Shown: positions 8,354 through 16,918 of the stretch, one piece after another | Layout: every line of letters starts with the position of its first letter | How positions within the stretch are numbered: position 1 is the first letter of the stretch | Source: Gemmatimonadales bacterium | GTDB lineage: Bacteria > Gemmatimonadota > Gemmatimonadetes > Gemmatimonadales > GWC2-71-9 | Assembly: GCA_035456525.1 (NCBI GenBank) | Contig: DATICZ010000224.1 | Location: 4,362 to 68,361, forward strand | Direction of reading: 5' to 3' | Length of the DNA: 64,000 nt | Made by a program: the position numbers and the translations under genes | The notes under the pieces: model-generated | What the model saw: only the letters and a program-made list of their open reading frames with translations | Told to the model about the DNA's origin: nothing | The model's database searches: none

Positions 8354-8801
8354 GGCCGCCCGACCCCACCGCGGCGACTACCTCTTCCGGAGGCGGTGCG
8401 CCGCGCTGGGCGTACCGGATCGTACCGTCCCGCCCCACCACGTACACCGTGCGGGCGATCCCCGTCCCGTCGTCCTTGAGGGCGTGATACGCCCGCGCGA
8501 TGGACCGGTCGGGATCCGACAGCAGCGGGAAGTTGAATTTCATCTTCTCCACGTATTTCCGGTGACTGTCGAGGCTCGCGGGATTCACCCCCAACGGCTG
8601 GATCCCGGCGGCTTCGAACCTGCTCATCTCATCGCGCACGGCGGAGAGTTGGCGGTTTCACCCGGGCGTGTTGTTTCCCGGGTAGAACACCAGCGCCACG
8701 TGGGTGCGTCGCAGTAGTTCGGCCAGTCGGTACGCTTTCCCGTCCGACGCCTGCGCCTGGAAGTCCGGAGCTTTGCCGCCCACCGGTAGCACGTCGCTCA
8801 T
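8343..8801 (-). CDS. bcp: Bcp/PrxQ-type peroxiredoxin with TGA (8658-8660) at the peroxidatic-Cys codon (candidate selenoprotein, or pseudogene)
   Basis: Manual translation from ATG 8799-8801 gives MSDVLPVGGKAPDFQAQASDGKAYRLAELLRRTHVALVFYPGNNTPG-TGA-NRQLSAVRDEMSRFEAAG. This continues in frame into track ORF 8343..8639. The total is 152 codons, a typical Bcp length. Confidence 0.7.
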
Positions 8802-8817
8802 GGAGTGTGTCTCCCGT

Positions 8818-9654
8818 TCATCCGTACGCCTTCGCCTTGCGACACTCCAGCTCCTCCAGCCACTCCACCGGCACCTGCATCCCTCCCAACGGCGCGTGGG
8901 AGATCCCGGCGCTCGACTCCCCGTGCCAGTCCGATCCTCCGGAGATCACCAGATCGAGCTGGCGCGCCAGCTTCGTGAGCCGCCGTTCCACCCGCGGCGA
9001 GTGGCTCGGGTGGCGCACCTCGATACCGTCCAGCCCGTCTTGCTGGAACGCGCGCAGCTGCTCCGCGTGGCCGCGCTCCCCCATGTGCGCGGCGAGTACC
9101 AGCCCGCTTCCCGCGTGCACCAGGTCGGCCACCTCGCGCAGGGGCGGCAGCTCCTTTTCCACGAAGGCCGGTCGGCCGCGGCCGAGAAAGCGATCGAAGG
9201 CTTCTTCCAGACCATCCACCACGCCCGCGTCGATGAGCGCGCGAGCCACGTGGGGCCGTCCGACGGCGCCGCCGCCGGCCTGGAACGCCAGGTCCTCGAG
9301 ATCGATCTCGACGCCCAGCTTCTGCAGCTTCTCGATCATGCGGGTGCCACGCCGCTCCCGCGCCTCGCGCATTTGGGCGAGGAACTGGTCGAGCGCCGCG
9401 TCGCCTTCGGGCAGGAAGTACCCGAGCAGGTGCAGCTCGCCCCACGGGGCCTGCACGCTGAATTCGCACCCGGACACGATGCGCACCCCCAGCTCACGGC
9501 CGGCCGCCACGGCGGCCGGCATGCCGTCGAGCGTGTCGTGATCGGTGAGCGCCAAGGCGGACAACCCGACGGCAGCTGCCCGTTGTACCACGGCTTCGGG
9601 GCTCGTCTGGCCGTCCGAGGCGGTGGAATGACAATGCAGGTCAACGTGCGCCGT
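8818..9654 (-). CDS. PHP-domain phosphoesterase (TrpH/YciV-like); start codon unresolved
   Basis: The track ORF starts at GTG 9591, but the conserved PHP N-terminus VDLHCHSTASDGQTSPEAV is encoded in frame just upstream. The in-frame stop is at 9721-9723, with no ATG/GTG/TTG in between. ACG 9652-9654 is preceded by GGAGAG with a 5-nt spacer. Confidence 0.7.
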   Translation of the reverse strand, partial: TAHVDLHCHSTASDGQTSPEAVVQRAAAVGLSALALTDHDTLDGMPAAVAAGRELGVRIVSGCEFSVQAPWGELHLLGYFLPEGDAALDQFLAQMREARERRGTRMIEKLQKLGVEIDLEDLAFQAGGGAVGRPHVARALIDAGVVDGLEEAFDRFLGRGRPAFVEKELPPLREVADLVHAGSGLVLAAHMGERGHAEQLRAFQQDGLDGIEVRHPSHSPRVERRLTKLARQLDLVISGGSDWHGESSAGISHAPLGGMQVPVEWLEELECRKAKAYG

Positions 9655-9910
9655 AGGCGCTCTCCGGCGAGGTCCAGGCGGGTTGGGATTGGCGGAACAG
9701 CTCGAGCAGCGTCCGTTCGCTCAGCTCGCTCAGCGACGCGTCGGTGCGCCGTGCCCCGCTGGGGGAGTACCGTGTGAAGCGTCGCTTGCGCTCGGTACCG
9801 GTGCCGAGCTGGAACACCAAGCCGTACTGGTCCTGACCGTACACGGTGGGGTGGCCGGACGGGAACACCTCCCAGCGCTGTCCGTCCACGGTGAGTTCGC
9901 GGCGGGCCAT
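9641..9910 (-). CDS. Hypothetical small protein
   Basis: MARRELTVDGQRWEVFPSGHPTVYGQDQYGLVFQLGTG... The ATG lies 2 nt after the upstream stop, and codon usage is coding-like. Its TGA overlaps the PHP N-terminal codons. Confidence 0.5.
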   Translation of the reverse strand: MARRELTVDGQRWEVFPSGHPTVYGQDQYGLVFQLGTGTERKRRFTRYSPSGARRTDASLSELSERTLLELFRQSQPAWTSPESAYGAR

Positions 9911-9912
9911 GC

Positions 9913-10227
9913 TCAGGTCTCCGCCGGCGTCGCGAGGGAGACCTCGCTCCACAGTTCCCAGGCGTCGGGAGAGTAGGTGACGAGGCTCTGCAGCTTCTTC
10001 TCGAGCTTCGTTTCTTCTGGCAGGCGGGAGGCCTGCGCGCGATGGGACATCTCCGTCGGGCTCTCCGAGAACTCGATGAACAGGCGCGGGTCCTTGGCGT
10101 TGCGGAACACCCAGATGCGCTGCCCCCGGGCGTCGGCGAACTGGGCCAGCTCGCGCAGCGTCGCCAGATAGTCGAGCTCGTTGGCGGCGGGCACACGTAC
10201 CCGGGCCGCGGTGAGGACCTTCGCCAT
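9913..10227 (-). CDS. Hypothetical small protein
   Basis: 104-aa ORF (MAKVLTAARVRVPAANELDYLATLRELAQFADARGQRIWVFRN...). It starts 2 nt after the E2 stop. No family recognised. Confidence 0.5.
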   Translation of the reverse strand: MAKVLTAARVRVPAANELDYLATLRELAQFADARGQRIWVFRNAKDPRLFIEFSESPTEMSHRAQASRLPEETKLEKKLQSLVTYSPDAWELWSEVSLATPAET

Positions 10228-10229
10228 GG

Positions 10230-11591
10230 CTACATCTCCTGCTCGGGGAAGTCCTGCAGCGTGGCCTTCACGTCGGCCAGGAACTTGTCGGCGTCCGCGC
10301 CGTCCACCACGCGGTGGTCATAGGACATGGTCAGCATGCCCATCGTGCGGATGGCGATCGCGTCCGCGCCGTCCTGGGTCACGACCTTGGGGCGCTTCTC
10401 GATCGTGCCGACGCCGAGGATCGCGACCTGCGGCTGATTGATGATAGGGATGCCGGCATACGGTCCGAACCCGCCGGGATTGGTGATCGTGAACGTGCCG
10501 CGCTGGATTTCATCGGGCGAGAGCTTCTTGGTGCGCGCCCGCTCGCCCAGGTCGTTGATGGCACGCGCCAGGCCCAGCAGCGACAGCTCGTCGGCACGCT
10601 TGACGACGGGAACGATCAGCCCCCAATCGAGCGCCACCGCGATTCCGATGTTGACGTCCTGGCGGTAGATCGTGCTGTCACCCGAGACCGCGGCATTGAC
10701 GATCGGATGCTTGCGCAGGTTCGCCGCGCACGCCTTCGCGATGAACGCGAGGTAGGTGAGGTTCACTCCCCGCTCGGCATAAGCGGCCTTGAACTTCGCG
10801 CGCAGCTGCGCCACGCGCGTGTAGTCGATCTCGAAGAAACTGGCCACGTGCGCCGATACCCGGCGCGACATGATCATGTGATCCGCGGTGATCTTGCGGA
10901 TCTTCGACCACGGCTCGACGCGGTCGCCGGGCCAGGGCTCCGCCGCCGGATGCGCCACCTCCCCACCCGCGGGGAGCGGGGACCCTAAAGGACTCGGGCG
11001 GGGAGCGGTCGGCGTCGGTGCCGCGGGTGCGCGCTCGATGAAGCCGAGGATGTCCTGCTTGGTGACCCGTCCGGCGAACCCGGTCCCCGGAATCTGCGAG
11101 ATGTCGAGCTGGTGCTCGGTCGCGATCTTGCGGACCAGCGGCGTCGAACGGCGCCGCAGGCGCTCTTCGGCGGTCTCGAGACCGTCACCCTTTGGAAGGA
11201 CGGGGGACGGGGGACGAGGGACGGGCGGTGCGGCCGCGGCGACCACGGCCGGCGCGGCCGCGGGAGCCGGCGCCGCTTTGGGAGCAACTGGAGCCGTGGG
11301 GGCGGCAGGAGCGGCCGGAGCGGGCGCGGCCGCGGTGACCGACGCCCCTTGTTCCGTGTCCAGCACCGCCACGAGCGTTTGCACCGGAACCGTCTGGCCT
11401 TCCTGCACCTTGATCTCGACCAGCGTCCCCGCGGAGGGCGCCGGAATCTCGGCGTCCACCTTGTCGGTCGAGATCTCGAACAGCGGCTCGTCGCGCTTCA
11501 CGGTATCGCCGAGCTTCTTGAGCCACTTGCTGAGAGTCCCTTCGGCGATGGACTCTCCCATTTGGGGCATCAGCACATCGACTCTGGCCAT
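10230..11591 (-). CDS. 2-oxoacid dehydrogenase E2 (dihydrolipoamide acyltransferase)
   Basis: Lipoyl domain (EISTDKVDAEIPAP), Ala/Pro linker, E3/E1-binding segment and catalytic DHRVVDG. Start taken at MARVDVLMPQMGES. Confidence 0.9.
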   Translation of the reverse strand: MARVDVLMPQMGESIAEGTLSKWLKKLGDTVKRDEPLFEISTDKVDAEIPAPSAGTLVEIKVQEGQTVPVQTLVAVLDTEQGASVTAAAPAPAAPAAPTAPVAPKAAPAPAAAPAVVAAAAPPVPRPPSPVLPKGDGLETAEERLRRRSTPLVRKIATEHQLDISQIPGTGFAGRVTKQDILGFIERAPAAPTPTAPRPSPLGSPLPAGGEVAHPAAEPWPGDRVEPWSKIRKITADHMIMSRRVSAHVASFFEIDYTRVAQLRAKFKAAYAERGVNLTYLAFIAKACAANLRKHPIVNAAVSGDSTIYRQDVNIGIAVALDWGLIVPVVKRADELSLLGLARAINDLGERARTKKLSPDEIQRGTFTITNPGGFGPYAGIPIINQPQVAILGVGTIEKRPKVVTQDGADAIAIRTMGMLTMSYDHRVVDGADADKFLADVKATLQDFPEQEM

Positions 11592-11607
11592 GATTGCTCC
11601 AATCAAT

Positions 11608-11678
11608 CGCTATCGGCTATCGGCTATCAGCTATCGGTGTCGGCCGAGCTGCTAGCCGATAGCCGATAGCTGATAGCG
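11608..11678 (-). repeat. 71-nt near-perfect hairpin built from tandem heptamers (GCTATCG/GCTATCA) between E1beta and E2
   Basis: Base-by-base pairing of 11608-11637 with 11649-11678 gives about 25 Watson-Crick pairs plus 2 G-U pairs and 2 mismatches. The arms consist of CTATCGG CTATCGG CTATCAG CTATCGG and its complement. Confidence 0.85.
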
Positions 11679-11682
11679 CTTC

Positions 11683-12660
11683 TCAGTATTTCGCCAGCCA
11701 TCTCGCCGCGTTGACGATGTCGTCCGTCTGCGGCAGCACGAAATCCTCCAGCGTCGGCGCATAGGGCAGCGGTACGTCATGCGCCGTTACGCGCTTGATC
11801 GGGCCGTCGAGCCATTCGAACGCGCGCTCGTTGATGCGCGCGGTGATCTCGCCCGCCAGTCCGCCGGTCCGGGTATCCTCGTGGACGATCAGCACCTTTC
11901 CCGTCTTCTTCACCGTGGCGACGATCGCGTCGTCGTCGAGCGGCAGCAGCGTGCGCAGGTCCAGCACCTCGAGCGACACGCCGTCCGGTGCAAGCTGGTC
12001 GGCCGCCTCGAGCGCCTTCCAGACGGTCGCCCCGTAGGTGATCACCGACATGTCCTGCCCTTCCCGGGCGAGCCGCGCCTGGCCGATCGGGGTGAGTACT
12101 TCCTCGCCGTCCGGCAGCGTCTCCTTGATGCGGCGGTACAGCCACTTGTGCTCGAGAAAGAGGACGGGATCCTCGTCCCGGATCGATGCCTTGATGAGAC
12201 CCTTCGCGTCGCGCGCGGTCGCCGGGTAGACGATCTTCAGGCCGGGTGTGTGCAGGAACGCCGCTTCGGGATTCTGCGAATGGAACGGGCCGCCGCGCAC
12301 GTACCCGCCGCAGGGGCCGCGCACCACGATCGGCGTGGCGAGCCCGGCGCGATAGCGCGCGGTCGCCACGTAGTTCGTCAACATGTCGTAGGCGCACGAG
12401 ATGAAATCGATGAACTGCATCTCCGCGACCGGCCGCATCCCCATGTGCGCGGCCCCCGCTGCCGCCCCCACGATCGCGGCCTCCGAGATCGGGGTGTCGA
12501 TGACGCGCGCCTCCCCGAACTTCTTCTGGAACCCCTCGGTCACCTTGAATGCGCCGCCGTAGGCCCCGATGTCCTCGCCGAGCATGAACACGCGCTCGTC
12601 GCGCTCCATCTCCTCCCACAACCCCTGGCGCAGGGCTTCGAGGAACGTGACGTCGGCCAT
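11683..12660 (-). CDS. 2-oxoacid dehydrogenase E1 component, beta subunit
   Basis: Transketolase-like pyrimidine-binding and C-terminal domains (MADVTFLEALRQGLWEEMERDERVFMLGEDIG...). The start shares one base with the E1alpha stop (TGATG). Confidence 0.9.
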   Translation of the reverse strand: MADVTFLEALRQGLWEEMERDERVFMLGEDIGAYGGAFKVTEGFQKKFGEARVIDTPISEAAIVGAAAGAAHMGMRPVAEMQFIDFISCAYDMLTNYVATARYRAGLATPIVVRGPCGGYVRGGPFHSQNPEAAFLHTPGLKIVYPATARDAKGLIKASIRDEDPVLFLEHKWLYRRIKETLPDGEEVLTPIGQARLAREGQDMSVITYGATVWKALEAADQLAPDGVSLEVLDLRTLLPLDDDAIVATVKKTGKVLIVHEDTRTGGLAGEITARINERAFEWLDGPIKRVTAHDVPLPYAPTLEDFVLPQTDDIVNAARWLAKY

Positions 12661-13721
12661 CACAGACTCCGGAACCACAGCCGCTCGGCGGCCGCCGGTT
12701 GCGCGTAGACGCCGGGCAGCGCCGATTCGGGCGCCGGCAGCGGCTCGTCGACACAGGCGTCGGTCGCCTGATCGATCTCGTCCTTCGCCGCCTGGTCGAT
12801 CTCGGCCAACTCGCCCGCTTCGGCCCAGTCGTTGTCCAGCAGCTGCTTCACGAACCGGTCTACGGGGTCGTTCTCCCGCGCCCAGCGCTCGATCTCGTCC
12901 TTCGGCTGATAGGATTGGTCATCGTGCTCCGCGTGTCCCTTGCGGCGGTAGGTCTTCACCTCGATAAAATGGACTCCCTTGCCGCGACGCGCGCGCTCCA
13001 CCGCATATTTCGTCGCCGCGTACACGGCGAGCACGTCGTTGCCGTCCACCGTGACCGCATGAATCCCGTAGCCCTTGGCCCTGTCGGCGAGGTGCTGCAC
13101 CGCGAACTGCTTCTCGGGCGGCGTGGAATAGGCCCAGTGGTTGTACTCCCCGATCACCACGAGGGGGCAGCGCTGCACGGCGGCGAAGTTCAGTCCCTCG
13201 TGAAACGCCCCCGTCGACGTCGCGCCGTCACCCACGAATACCAGACCGACGCGCGGCTCGCCGCGCATCTTGAAGGTGAGGGTGATCCCGGCCATCACGG
13301 GCACCATGTCCCCCAGATGCGAGATCTGTCCCAGATACCCTTTCTCGAGATCGTTGAAATGGACGTTCAGCTCGCGTCCGCGGGTGGGGCTTTCCGCCTT
13401 GGCCATGTACTGGCGCAGGATCTCGATCGGCTTGGCGCCCATCACGAGCAGGGCGCCGAGGTTGCGGATCAGAGGCGAGAGGACGTCGCGATGACGGCCG
13501 CGCTCCAGCGCGAAGGCCGCCGCCACCGACTCCCCCTCCTGCCCCAGGGAGCGGAACAGCCCCCCGATCACCTTGCTTTGGCGGTACAGCGCGACCAGCC
13601 GCTCTTCCAGCACCCTGGTGAGGCGCAGATAGCGGTACACCTCGAGCAGCTGGAGCCGCTCGAGGTCGGCCGGGATCGCGGGCGTGTCCGACCGGGTGTC
13701 GGGTACGGAGTGGGGAGGCAT
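12660..13721 (-). CDS. 2-oxoacid dehydrogenase E1 component, alpha subunit (TPP-dependent)
   Basis: TPP-binding region VFVGDGATSTGAFHEGLNFAA...NHWAYSTP. 353-aa ORF. Confidence 0.9.
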   Translation of the reverse strand: MPPHSVPDTRSDTPAIPADLERLQLLEVYRYLRLTRVLEERLVALYRQSKVIGGLFRSLGQEGESVAAAFALERGRHRDVLSPLIRNLGALLVMGAKPIEILRQYMAKAESPTRGRELNVHFNDLEKGYLGQISHLGDMVPVMAGITLTFKMRGEPRVGLVFVGDGATSTGAFHEGLNFAAVQRCPLVVIGEYNHWAYSTPPEKQFAVQHLADRAKGYGIHAVTVDGNDVLAVYAATKYAVERARRGKGVHFIEVKTYRRKGHAEHDDQSYQPKDEIERWARENDPVDRFVKQLLDNDWAEAGELAEIDQAAKDEIDQATDACVDEPLPAPESALPGVYAQPAAAERLWFRSL

Positions 13722-13796
13722 CAGCTAAATTATAGTGGGCGGGAAAGTTGGCTCTTGGGGAAGGGCAAATCAAGCTGTGGCGGGAGGACCGCACGT

Positions 13797-14012
13797 ATGG
13801 CCAGCGCGAAACTCAAGGTGACCGGCATGACCTGTGGACACTGCCAGAAGACCGTAGAGCAGGCCCTGAAGGGTCTCAGCGGCGTGTACTCGGCGGTGGT
13901 GGACCTCCAGGACGGCGAGGCCGAAATCGATTTCGACGATGATGCAGTGACGGCGGGCGCGCTCGTGGCCGCGGTGGAGCAGGCGGGGTACGGCGCCAAG
14001 CTCGCCGGCTGA
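13797..14012 (+). CDS. copZ: Heavy-metal-associated (HMA) copper chaperone
   Basis: MASAKLKVTGMTCGHCQKTVEQAL..., 71 aa with the GMTCxxC motif. GGGAGGA lies 8 nt upstream. It is the 3' end of shadow ORF 12699..14012. Confidence 0.85.
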   Translation: MASAKLKVTGMTCGHCQKTVEQALKGLSGVYSAVVDLQDGEAEIDFDDDAVTAGALVAAVEQAGYGAKLAG

Positions 14013-14019
14013 CTCCGCC

Positions 14020-14310
14020 TCAGTACGCCCCCCGCAGCTCGTACGCCGGCTCGACCGTGCGGTGCACTTCCGCGAGAAATCGTTTCGCGAGCTTGTCGAT
14101 CTCCGATTCCCCGACCTGGTCGGTCACGATGTCGATGAACGTGTAGTGCCCGCCTTCCGCGCGCGCCGAGACCGTCACCTTCCCCAGCGAGCCCCGGTAG
14201 CCCAGACGGCGCGGCGACTCCTCCGAGGGCGCGAGCCGCGCCCCGAAATAGTCCCGCGCGGCAGCGAGCACGTCCGCCGGCGATAACGTCGTCCTGTGGA
14301 AGTATCTCAT
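14020..14310 (-). CDS. Hypothetical protein
   Basis: 96-aa ORF downstream of copA and convergent with copZ (7-nt gap). No family recognised. Confidence 0.45.
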   Translation of the reverse strand: MRYFHRTTLSPADVLAAARDYFGARLAPSEESPRRLGYRGSLGKVTVSARAEGGHYTFIDIVTDQVGESEIDKLAKRFLAEVHRTVEPAYELRGAY

Positions 14311-14350
14311 GTGATGTCCTTGGCGTCTGTGCGGCTCGACGGCCGCGCGT

Positions 14351-16918
14351 CTAGGAGACCCACGCCGGAGTGTAGCGCCGCAGGCGCAGGCTGTTCAAGA
14401 CCACGCTGAGACTGGACCACGCCATGGCCGCGCTGGCGATCACCGGGGAGAGCAGCAGGCCGGTCAACGGATAGAGCGCCCCCGCGGCGATCGGGATGCC
14501 TAACACGTTGTAGAGAAATGCCCAGAACAGATTCTGTCTGATGGTCCCCAGGGTCCGGCGCGACAGCTCGACCGCGGTGACCACGCCACGCAGATCGCCG
14601 CGGATGAGGGTGACGTCGGACGCTTCCATGGCGATTTCCGTCCCGGTGCCGATCGCGATCCCCACGTCGGCCTGGGCCAGGGCCGGCGCATCGTTGATGC
14701 CATCGCCGACCATGGCGACGACGACGCCCCGCCCCTGTTCCTGCTTCACGAGATCGGCCTTCTGGGAGGGCAGCACCTCGGCGCTGACATCGTCAATGCC
14801 GACCTCCGCCGCGACCACGAGGGCCGCACGCCGCGCGTCGCCGGAAACCATGCGCACTTCCAAGCCGAGGCTCCGCAGGCGCGCCACGGCATCCTTCGCG
14901 GTCGGTTTGACCGGATCCGAGATACCGATCACCGCGTGCACGGTGTTGTTCACGACGACGATCACCGGCGTCCGCCCCTGATCCGCGAGGCGGTCGGCGT
15001 CCTGGGCCAGACTGCCCAGCTCGAGGCTGCGCTCGCGCGCGTGCCGCGCCGAGACGACCTCGACGATGCGCCGGTCCACCGTCCCGCGGACCCCGCGGCC
15101 CTCCATGGCGGCGAATTTCTCGACGGGCAGCAACAATACCGTCCGTTCCTGCGCCGCCCGGAGGATCGACTGGGCGATCGGGTGCTCGGACCGCTGCTCG
15201 ACCGAGGCGGCCCAGCGCAGCACTTCGGCCGCCGAGACTGCGGTCCCGTCGGGTTTGCGGGCGGTCACGATGTGCGTGACGGACGGCTGGCCCTCGGTGA
15301 TCGTCCCCGTCTTGTCGAGCAGCACCGTGCGGACCTTGGCAAGGCGCTCGAGCGCCTCGCCGCCGCGGATCAGGACGCCCTGCTCGGCGGCGCGCCCGGT
15401 GCCGACGAGGATCGCGGTGGGCGTGGCGAGCCCGAGGGCGCACGGACAGGCGATGATCAGCACCGTGACGAGCGCGATGGTGGAGAAGAGCAACGCGGGG
15501 CGCGGCCCCAGATCGAACCAGAGCACGAACGCGGCGATGGCGATGGCGATCACGACAGGGACGAAGACGCCGGCGACCCGGTCGGCCAGGGTCTGAATCG
15601 GGGCCTTGGATGCCTGCGCCTCCTCCACCAGCCGGACGATCTGGCCAAGGGCCGTATCCTTGCCGACGCGAGTGGCGCTGAACGTGAAGCTCCCAGTGGT
15701 GTTCAGCGTGCCCCCGATCACCTCGTCTCCGGGGTGCTTCGACACCGGCATCGGCTCGCCGGTGAGCATCGACTCGTCGAGCGACGACGTGCCTTCGACG
15801 ATCACGCCGTCGGCCGGGATCCGCTCGCCGGGCTTCACCACCACACGATCGCCGACCGCGACGGCGGCCACCGGGATGTCCTGCACGGCGCCGTCGCGCT
15901 CGACATGCGCGAGCGCCGGAGCGAGCGCGGCGAGACGCCGGATCGCGGCGGATGTGCGACCCTTGGCGCGGGCCTCGAGCAATCGTCCCAGGAGAATGAG
16001 CGCGATGATGGCGCAGACCGCTTCGTAGTAGACGTCGGCGGGCAAACCGGCGCGGGTGAACACACCCGGCACGAGCGTCGCGACCACCGAGTAGAGAAAC
16101 GCGGCGCCGGTGCCGACGGCGATCAGTGTGTTCATGTCGGCGGTCCGGTGCCGGAACCCGCTCCAGGCACCCCGGTAGAACCGCCGCCCCGACCAGAGCA
16201 GCACCGGGAGCGTGAGTCCGAGGAGCAGCAGCTTGAGGAGCGTCGGATTCCCCGGCAATCCCGCGCCAGCCTCCCCTCCGACGGCGCTGCGCAATCGCAT
16301 CGCCAGGGGCATGAGCAGGCGACCCAGCAGGTCCACCCGGCCGATGCCGGCGGCGGCATCGTGTTCCGCCATCAACAGCATGGCCCCGAGCATCGTGAGC
16401 AGCGCCACGCTGGCGGCGAGCGCGAACTGCCAGGTGAGCGTCCGGATCTCCCGGCTGCGCGCCAGCCGTTCGCGCTCCAGCGGGTCCTCGGCCGCGATCG
16501 GCTCGGCGACCCGGAATCCCGCGCTGCGGACCGCGTCCTCCAGCTGGCCGGCCGTGGTGACGCCCGGGACGTAGACGACGGTCACGCTCTCGGTCGCCTG
16601 GTTGGCGGCGGCGCGGATCACGCCGGGCACGGCGGCCAGCTCGCGCTCGAGCGCGGCGGTGCTGGGCGCGTAGTGCAGGTCGGGGATGCCGAACGTGACG
16701 CTCGCCTGGCCGCACTGGTACCCGGCGTCGCGCACCGCCTTGGCCAGCTGCCCCACGCCGATCGCCGCGTCGTCGTAGTCCACCGCCGCCTTCGCGGTGG
16801 CGTAGTTGACGCTCGCCGAGGTCACGCCGCGCGCGGCGCCCAGCGCCTGCTGCACCGTCTGGGCGCAGGCGGCGCAGCTCATGCCTTCGATCGGCAGGAT
16901 GATCCGCTGTCTAGCCAT
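14351..16918 (-). CDS. copA: Copper-translocating P1B-type ATPase
   Basis: N-terminal HMA domain with GMSCAAC, a second HMA-like domain lacking Cys, the CPC motif ([12 protein letters not shown]), DKTGTIT, and [10 protein letters not shown]. Confidence 0.92.
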   Translation of the reverse strand: MARQRIILPIEGMSCAACAQTVQQALGAARGVTSASVNYATAKAAVDYDDAAIGVGQLAKAVRDAGYQCGQASVTFGIPDLHYAPSTAALERELAAVPGVIRAAANQATESVTVVYVPGVTTAGQLEDAVRSAGFRVAEPIAAEDPLERERLARSREIRTLTWQFALAASVALLTMLGAMLLMAEHDAAAGIGRVDLLGRLLMPLAMRLRSAVGGEAGAGLPGNPTLLKLLLLGLTLPVLLWSGRRFYRGAWSGFRHRTADMNTLIAVGTGAAFLYSVVATLVPGVFTRAGLPADVYYEAVCAIIALILLGRLLEARAKGRTSAAIRRLAALAPALAHVERDGAVQDIPVAAVAVGDRVVVKPGERIPADGVIVEGTSSLDESMLTGEPMPVSKHPGDEVIGGTLNTTGSFTFSATRVGKDTALGQIVRLVEEAQASKAPIQTLADRVAGVFVPVVIAIAIAAFVLWFDLGPRPALLFSTIALVTVLIIACPCALGLATPTAILVGTGRAAEQGVLIRGGEALERLAKVRTVLLDKTGTITEGQPSVTHIVTARKPDGTAVSAAEVLRWAASVEQRSEHPIAQSILRAAQERTVLLLPVEKFAAMEGRGVRGTVDRRIVEVVSARHARERSLELGSLAQDADRLADQGRTPVIVVVNNTVHAVIGISDPVKPTAKDAVARLRSLGLEVRMVSGDARRAALVVAAEVGIDDVSAEVLPSQKADLVKQEQGRGVVVAMVGDGINDAPALAQADVGIAIGTGTEIAMEASDVTLIRGDLRGVVTAVELSRRTLGTIRQNLFWAFLYNVLGIPIAAGALYPLTGLLLSPVIASAAMAWSSLSVVLNSLRLRRYTPAWVS

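Noticed and set aside
4553-8660. An alternative genetic code (TGA as a sense codon genome-wide) to explain the two in-frame TGAs.
   Set aside because: Most genes here terminate with TGA at positions matching family-typical C-termini. More than a dozen ATGA/GTGA stop-start overlaps also depend on TGA being a stop. Only site-specific recoding or error remains plausible.
13722-13796. A MerR/CueR- or CsoR-type operator in the AT-rich copZ upstream region (TAAATTATAGTG...CTTGGGGAAGGGCAAATCAAG).
   Set aside because: Only a 4-bp dyad (CTTG/CAAG) and a TATAGT-like hexamer are present. There is no convincing match to the known CueR (CCTTCC-N7-GGAAGG) or CsoR pseudopalindromes.
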